DNA from: Arenimonas sp. | GTDB lineage: Bacteria > Pseudomonadota > Gammaproteobacteria > Xanthomonadales > Xanthomonadaceae | Direction of reading: 5' to 3' | Assembly: GCA_031428155.1 (NCBI GenBank) | Contig: JANPOU010000069.1 | Coordinates: 25,419-89,418, forward strand | Length of the DNA stretch: 64,000 nt | Part shown: positions 59,003-64,000 of the stretch, in pieces | Layout of the letters: every line of letters begins with the position of its first letter | Numbering within the stretch: the first letter of the stretch is position 1 | Notes under the pieces: model-generated | What the model was told of the DNA's origin: nothing | What the model saw: only the letters and a program-made list of their open reading frames with translations | Database searches by the model: none | Translations under genes and position numbers: made by a program

Positions 59003-60171
59003 GGATAATTGCAGCAGTTGTTTGCCTGCTATTTGTGGCAGTTGCATTTGCACAAAACAAAGCGCCGGTGGCGAAGAACTCTGCCGATGCGGAAAAGAAA
59101 ATTGAAGCTTTGCGAAAAGAAATAAAAACGCTTAGCAAAGCGCAGCGCGAAGTGGAAGAAAAACGCAATCTAGAAGCCAAACAGCTTCGCCAGATTGATC
59201 AAAAAGTGGCGGTGAGTACTCAAAGCCTAACTAAAATTGAGGGCGCGATTGACGGCAGCGAAAAAAAACTGGATCAGCTAGAAACCGAACAGCAGCGCTT
59301 GGAGCGCAATCTGCGGGAGCAAAAAGATCAGTTGGCGTTATTAATTCGCTCAGCGTATCGCTTAGGTGATAACAGTGAATTAAAGCATTTATTGTCACAA
59401 GATAAACTCAGCGAAGCCGCACGTTGGCTGCAGTATCATCGTTATTTTGAGCAAGAGAGGCAGCTTGAAATTGCCGGATTGTCGAAAGAACTTGAACAAT
59501 TAGCGCTTGCCAGTTTGGCTGTGGAACAAGAGAAAGCCATTTTGGCTAAGCAAAAAATTCAGCAGCAAAAAACCGCGAAGGTGCTAACTAAGCAGCGCGA
59601 AGAACGTAACGTGGCGGTTATTACGCTGGATGCAAAATACAAAACTCAGCAAGCTAAAATTAAAGCCCTAGGCAAAGATGAAAAAGCCTTACGCAACTTA
59701 CTCGATAAGCTTCGCCAAGCCGCCGCAAATAGTAAAGCGCCTACGGTGGTTGGTCGGCCAAGTAACGCGAAATCTCCGCCAAGAATCACCCCAAAAAATC
59801 TGACCGGCTGGCCACTAACTGGTTCTTTATTGGCAGGCTATGGCAATGCCATGCCCGATGGCCGCAGCAGTGAAGGCTTGTTGATTGCTGCGCCGGCTGG
59901 AACATCTGTGTATTCAGTGGCTGCTGGCCGTGTGGTGTATGCCGATTGGTTGAAAGGCTACGGAATGTTGATGGTGATTGATCATGGCCGTGGCTATATG
60001 AGTTTGTATGCAAATAATGATGCGCTAATTAAAGAAGTGGGCGATGCTGTGACAGCCGGCGAACGAATTGCCACGGTGGGTTCGTCTGGCGGGCAGGGGC
60101 GAACAGCCTTGTATTTTGAAATGCGTTTGAATGGACAGCCTCAAAACCCAAATGGATGGTTGCGACCATGA
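58999..60171 (+). CDS. envC: Murein hydrolase activator EnvC
   Basis: Long coiled coil plus degenerate M23/LytM domain (LYFEMR); gpmI-envC-ctpA context. Confidence 0.9.
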   Translation: MRIIAAVVCLLFVAVAFAQNKAPVAKNSADAEKKIEALRKEIKTLSKAQREVEEKRNLEAKQLRQIDQKVAVSTQSLTKIEGAIDGSEKKLDQLETEQQRLERNLREQKDQLALLIRSAYRLGDNSELKHLLSQDKLSEAARWLQYHRYFEQERQLEIAGLSKELEQLALASLAVEQEKAILAKQKIQQQKTAKVLTKQREERNVAVITLDAKYKTQQAKIKALGKDEKALRNLLDKLRQAAANSKAPTVVGRPSNAKSPPRITPKNLTGWPLTGSLLAGYGNAMPDGRSSEGLLIAAPAGTSVYSVAAGRVVYADWLKGYGMLMVIDHGRGYMSLYANNDALIKEVGDAVTAGERIATVGSSGGQGRTALYFEMRLNGQPQNPNGWLRP

Positions 60172-61427
60172 GCAAAATTATTCTGAGCCTAAGCGCTTTT
60201 CTATTGGCCGCAAATGCTCATGCTGCGCCGCAACCTGAATTGCAAAGCAAAGCTCCGCCAGCCGAATCGAGCGTGCCGATTGCTGAAATTCAGCGTTACG
60301 CGCAAGTTTTCCAAGCCGTGCGCAACAGCTATGTGGATCAGCTGACTGACCAGCAAATTATGAACGCCGCATTGCGTGGTTTATTAGCCGACATTGATCC
60401 GCACAGCAGTTATTTATCGGCTAATCAAGCACAGCAATTTGAAGATTTAAGTGATGGCGGCTATGCCGGCATTGGCATTGAAAGCGATGAGCGCGACCCA
60501 ACCCGTATTCGTGTGGTTTCTCCGTTTGACGATACGCCCGCGCAACGTGCTGGCTTGCGTGCCGGCGATTTTATTACCGCGATTAATGGCGTGCCGGTTA
60601 ATAATGATGACGATTCTGCCAGCCCAAATCATTTGCGTGGCAAAGTGGGCACCAAAGTGGTTTTAACGATTGAACGCGTTGGCGAAAAGGCTCCTTTTGA
60701 TTTGACCATCATCCGTGAAATCATTGCGCTGCAAAGTGTCAAAGCACGTTGGTTGGAGCCTGGTTATGCGTATTTCAGAATCAGTGCATTTCAGGGCGAT
60801 ACTGGCTTGGAATTTCGCAAACAGTGGAAAAAACTGCAAGATGCTGCGCCAGCAGTTAAAGCTACTGGCGTGGTGTTAGATTTACGCAGTAACCCGGGCG
60901 GGCTGATTTCTGCGGCAGTAGATATTGCAGATGAATTTTTAGCGGATCAATTAATTGTGCGTGTTAAAGGCCGAGACGCACTTAGCAATGCCAGCTATTT
61001 TGGCAAAGCAGGACAACAATTCACAGGTGTACCAGTCTTGGTATTGGTAGATGCCGGCAGCGCCAGCGCATCAGAAATACTTGCAGGTGCTTTGCAAGAT
61101 CATAAGCGCGCCACCGTAATGGGCAGCCGCAGCTTTGGTAAGGGCTCGGTTCAGAACGTGATTTATTTAAACAACGGAGATGCATTCAAACTGACCACCG
61201 CGCGCTATTACACGCCCAATGATCGCTCCATACAAGCGCAAGGAATTGTGCCGGAGGTATTGTTAGAAGGTAATGCGAAAGCCTTATACACAGAAAAAGA
61301 TTTACCCAAACATATCAAAGCAGGTGCCACCGCCAACATCAATGCCGAAGAAGGCATTGTGTTGATGGGCGATACGTATATTGATAAAGCTTTGGCGTAT
61401 TTGAAGCAGCAAAATTCTAAGCAATAA
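60168..61427 (+). CDS. ctpA: C-terminal processing protease (S41)
   Basis: DPHS, PDZ GIG, DLRSNPGG, SASASEI, FGKGSVQ. Confidence 0.9.
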   Translation: MSKIILSLSAFLLAANAHAAPQPELQSKAPPAESSVPIAEIQRYAQVFQAVRNSYVDQLTDQQIMNAALRGLLADIDPHSSYLSANQAQQFEDLSDGGYAGIGIESDERDPTRIRVVSPFDDTPAQRAGLRAGDFITAINGVPVNNDDDSASPNHLRGKVGTKVVLTIERVGEKAPFDLTIIREIIALQSVKARWLEPGYAYFRISAFQGDTGLEFRKQWKKLQDAAPAVKATGVVLDLRSNPGGLISAAVDIADEFLADQLIVRVKGRDALSNASYFGKAGQQFTGVPVLVLVDAGSASASEILAGALQDHKRATVMGSRSFGKGSVQNVIYLNNGDAFKLTTARYYTPNDRSIQAQGIVPEVLLEGNAKALYTEKDLPKHIKAGATANINAEEGIVLMGDTYIDKALAYLKQQNSKQ

Positions 61428-61446
61428 AAAAACCGCCCGAAGGCGG
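61426..61446 (-). terminator. Rho-independent terminator for the minus-strand GlsB-family gene
   Basis: CCGCC-TTCG-GGCGG then T7 on the minus strand. Confidence 0.75.
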
Positions 61447-61478
61447 CTCTCATGAAAAATGCATTATTGTCTATTTTT

Positions 61479-61721
61479 TCAGGCTTTCTTAATCAAGCGC
61501 ACAATGAATAATAGAATCACTGCACCAATTACAGCAGTGATAAAACCACCAAACTCACCACCAATTCCTAATCCTAGTTTTGGTAATAACCAGCCACCTA
61601 ATATTGACCCCAAAATTCCAACAACAATATTGCCAATTAATCCAAAACCGCCGCCTTTCATTATCACACCAGCCAGCCAACCCACTAAAGCACCGATAAG
61701 CAGAAAAATAATCAGATCCAT
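61479..61721 (-). CDS. GlsB/YeaQ/YmgE family stress-response membrane protein
   Basis: IGALVGWLAG...GNIVVGILGS...AVIGAVILL; ATG 61721. Confidence 0.9.
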   Translation of the reverse strand: MDLIIFLLIGALVGWLAGVIMKGGGFGLIGNIVVGILGSILGGWLLPKLGLGIGGEFGGFITAVIGAVILLFIVRLIKKA

Positions 61722-61802
61722 ATCCCTCTCCTGAAAGTTATTGTTATATATGCGTTGGCTATGCCAACGGCTCACTTTAACCAATAGTAGGTAAAGAATT
61801 AG

Positions 61803-62378
61803 TTAAGCTGGCGGTGCGCTCGACGGTTTGTTAATGAACAGCCTGTGCAGTACGCGATATAGCAGCCACAGTACAATGGCAAAGGCCAGAATGGGCACAA
61901 ACAAAGCCAGTAGAGTAAGCGCAATTGCACCTATACCTTCGCCGCTAGAAACCAGCGGATTTGCTAAACCGCCAGTTGGAATACCCACCGCCGAGCGCAC
62001 AGCGCTTGAACCAAAGTGAACTATTGAAGAAACGCCGCCGCCAGCCACAATCGCTAATGTCCATTTCAGGAACGGCGAAATATCGCCAAGCGTTGATGCG
62101 GTAAGGATGGTTCCGGCTGCGGCCGCTGCTGGTGCAAGCACCACATCAAGTGCGTGATCAAGCCATGGAATGTAGTACGCGCCGACTTCTAGTATGGCGG
62201 CAACACCAAAGGCCAGCATCGCTTGCCAACTGGCTAACCACGCAAAGCTTTCGGTTAAAGGAATCAATCCGTAATGTCCAGCGGCGCTCATGCCCAAAAG
62301 TGGAATGAAAACACGCAACCCAGATGCTGCGCTTAAGCCAATGCCCACCAACACACCGATTAATGATTCCATGTGCAC
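61803..62378 (-). CDS. DUF4126 family membrane protein
   Basis: GLSAASGLRVFIPLL, YYIPWLDHALD, NPLVSSGE. Confidence 0.85.
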   Translation of the reverse strand: MHMESLIGVLVGIGLSAASGLRVFIPLLGMSAAGHYGLIPLTESFAWLASWQAMLAFGVAAILEVGAYYIPWLDHALDVVLAPAAAAAGTILTASTLGDISPFLKWTLAIVAGGGVSSIVHFGSSAVRSAVGIPTGGLANPLVSSGEGIGAIALTLLALFVPILAFAIVLWLLYRVLHRLFINKPSSAPPA

Positions 62379-62446
62379 CTCGTGCTGATTAGGATGGTTT
62401 TACTGCATACTAGCTTAATCTGAATAACGCGGTTTCACAAATTGCT

Positions 62447-63727
62447 ATGGAAAATCACAACCAATCCTTAAGCCGTAAAGACATCAAAACCTTGGGGCTT
62501 TCCGCGTTAGGCGGGGCACTGGAATACTACGACTTCATTATTTTTGTATTTTTGGCGGCCAGTATTGGGCAATTATTTTTCCCGGCAGACATGCCTGAAT
62601 GGATGAAGCAATTACAAGTATTCGGTATTTTTGCCGCCGGCTATTTATCGCGCCCAATTGGTGGCTTGCTAATGGCGCATTTCGGTGATTTAGTTGGCCG
62701 CAAACGTATGTTCACGTTCAGTTTATTTTTAATGGCGGTGCCCACATTCATCATGGGCTTATTGCCCACCTATGCCCAGATTGGCATAGCCGCACCGATC
62801 TTGTTATTACTGATGCGCATTTTGCAAGGCGCGGCAGTGGGCGGAGAAATTCCGGGTGCCTGTGTGTTTGTGTCTGAGCATGTGCCGAAAAAATTTGTTG
62901 GCCTAGCTAGCGGCACACTGTTTTCCGGCTTCACCACCGGTATTTTACTTGGCTCATTGGTGGCTATGGCAGTTAACACCTTCTTTCCTGCGCAAGCGGT
63001 GCTGGACTACGCATGGCGCTTGCCATTTTTATTAGGCGGCGTATTTGGCGTGTTCGCACTGTATTTGCGTCGTTGGCTTGAGGAAACGCCAGTGTTTATA
63101 GCCATGAAAGCAGATAAAGCACTCGCCAGCGAGTTGCCCTTAAAAAAAGTATTACGCGAACATAAAGCCGAAATCTGGCCCAGTATGTTGCTCACTTGGT
63201 TTTTAAGTGCAGGAATCGTCACGGTAACTTTGCTAACGCCTTCGATTATGCAAAGCCAGTTTCAGTATTCGGCGCATGATGCCTTGCAAGCAAACAGCAT
63301 TGCCATTGTCTGCCTAACGGCCGGCTGTATTTTCTGGGGCTGGTGGGCCGATAAAATCGGCGCGTATCGCGTGCTGATGTTGGGTTCAGCGCTGTTGGCG
63401 CTAACCAGTTTTATTTTTTACCGAAGCCTGCCCAATGATTTGAACCACACGATTTTTCTGTATAGCTTGCTGGGTTTTAGTTTAGGCTCGGTGGCGGTGG
63501 TGCCGATGATTTTAGTCGCCTTGTTTCCACCGGTTGTTCGGTATTCCGGTTTCTCGTTTTCGTATAACGTGGCGTATTCGATTTTTGGTGGCTTCACGCC
63601 TATTCTGATTTCGCTGTGGATGAAAAATGAGAAACTGGCGCCTTCGTATTATTTGCTTGGCGTGTGTGCGATGACATTTATATTAGCGATTTATCTCGCT
63701 TCAAAAAAACGTGTTACGCAGGCTTAG
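62447..63727 (+). CDS. MFS metabolite:H+ symporter (ProP-like)
   Basis: GGALEYYDF, RPIGG...GDLVGRK, GGEIPGA, LEETP. Confidence 0.9.
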   Translation: MENHNQSLSRKDIKTLGLSALGGALEYYDFIIFVFLAASIGQLFFPADMPEWMKQLQVFGIFAAGYLSRPIGGLLMAHFGDLVGRKRMFTFSLFLMAVPTFIMGLLPTYAQIGIAAPILLLLMRILQGAAVGGEIPGACVFVSEHVPKKFVGLASGTLFSGFTTGILLGSLVAMAVNTFFPAQAVLDYAWRLPFLLGGVFGVFALYLRRWLEETPVFIAMKADKALASELPLKKVLREHKAEIWPSMLLTWFLSAGIVTVTLLTPSIMQSQFQYSAHDALQANSIAIVCLTAGCIFWGWWADKIGAYRVLMLGSALLALTSFIFYRSLPNDLNHTIFLYSLLGFSLGSVAVVPMILVALFPPVVRYSGFSFSYNVAYSIFGGFTPILISLWMKNEKLAPSYYLLGVCAMTFILAIYLASKKRVTQA

Positions 63728-63729
63728 CA

Positions 63730-64000
63730 CTATAAAGCAATCGCATACAAACATAAATCGGGTTCGTTGTCGTAAAGTGCAATCATGCGCTGGTACTGGA
63801 AATTGAGCTTTTCCAAAAGTTTTCTTGATGCGGCATTCTCAACATTTACGATAGCTAACAGTTTTTGTAATTGAAATTGGTTTTTTGCAGAGTGTACAGT
63901 TGCTTGTGCCGCTTCAAAAGCATAGCCATGCCCGAAATACTCGGGTAAAAAAGAGTAGCCTAAATCGGTGTGTGGCAGATTATCGCGCTTAACCAAGCCG
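63730..64000 (-). CDS. GNAT (RimJ/RimL-like) N-acetyltransferase, 5' end outside the window
   Basis: GLVKRDNL...DLGYSFLPEYFGHGYAFEAA...NAASRKLLEKL. Confidence 0.85.
   Translation of the reverse strand, partial: GLVKRDNLPHTDLGYSFLPEYFGHGYAFEAAQATVHSAKNQFQLQKLLAIVNVENAASRKLLEKLNFQYQRMIALYDNEPDLCLYAIAL

Overview
64-kb chromosomal window of a moderate-GC gammaproteobacterium. Gene order and protein types (topA-smg-dprA-LysM/def-fmt-rsmB-arnT, dtd-rpoD-tRNA-Ile2, algZ-algR-hemC, ptrB-lptM-dapF-yigA-xerC, ubiE, gpmI-envC-ctpA) suggest Xanthomonadales/Lysobacteraceae (inference). The backbone is housekeeping, with several accessory blocks: (i) a glutathione-dependent formaldehyde detox pair plus an MFS gene, bracketed by two identical 27-bp palindrome-containing direct repeats that may have split a serine-hydrolase gene; (ii) a LacI-controlled beta-glucan utilisation locus (GH158-like glucanase, GluP, Cys-rich TonB-dependent receptor, ExoP-like GH3); (iii) soeABC-like sulfite:quinone oxidoreductase next to a REP doublet; (iv) a BrnT/BrnA toxin-antitoxin pair; (v) a very AT-rich two-gene islet before ubiE. 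The best candidate for an undescribed system is the HTH-WYL-WCX regulator (41068-42033) with a nearby 92-aa membrane protein ending in -AA. The promoter of that small gene carries a TCTCA-N5-TGAGA palindrome spaced from a -10 hexamer as in WYL-activated (PafBC-type) promoters, suggesting a DriD/DidA-like SOS-independent stress module. At least six genes also show a leaderless-mRNA promoter layout. No CRISPR array, rRNA, prophage or transposase was seen. All homology calls come from motif recognition, not database searches.
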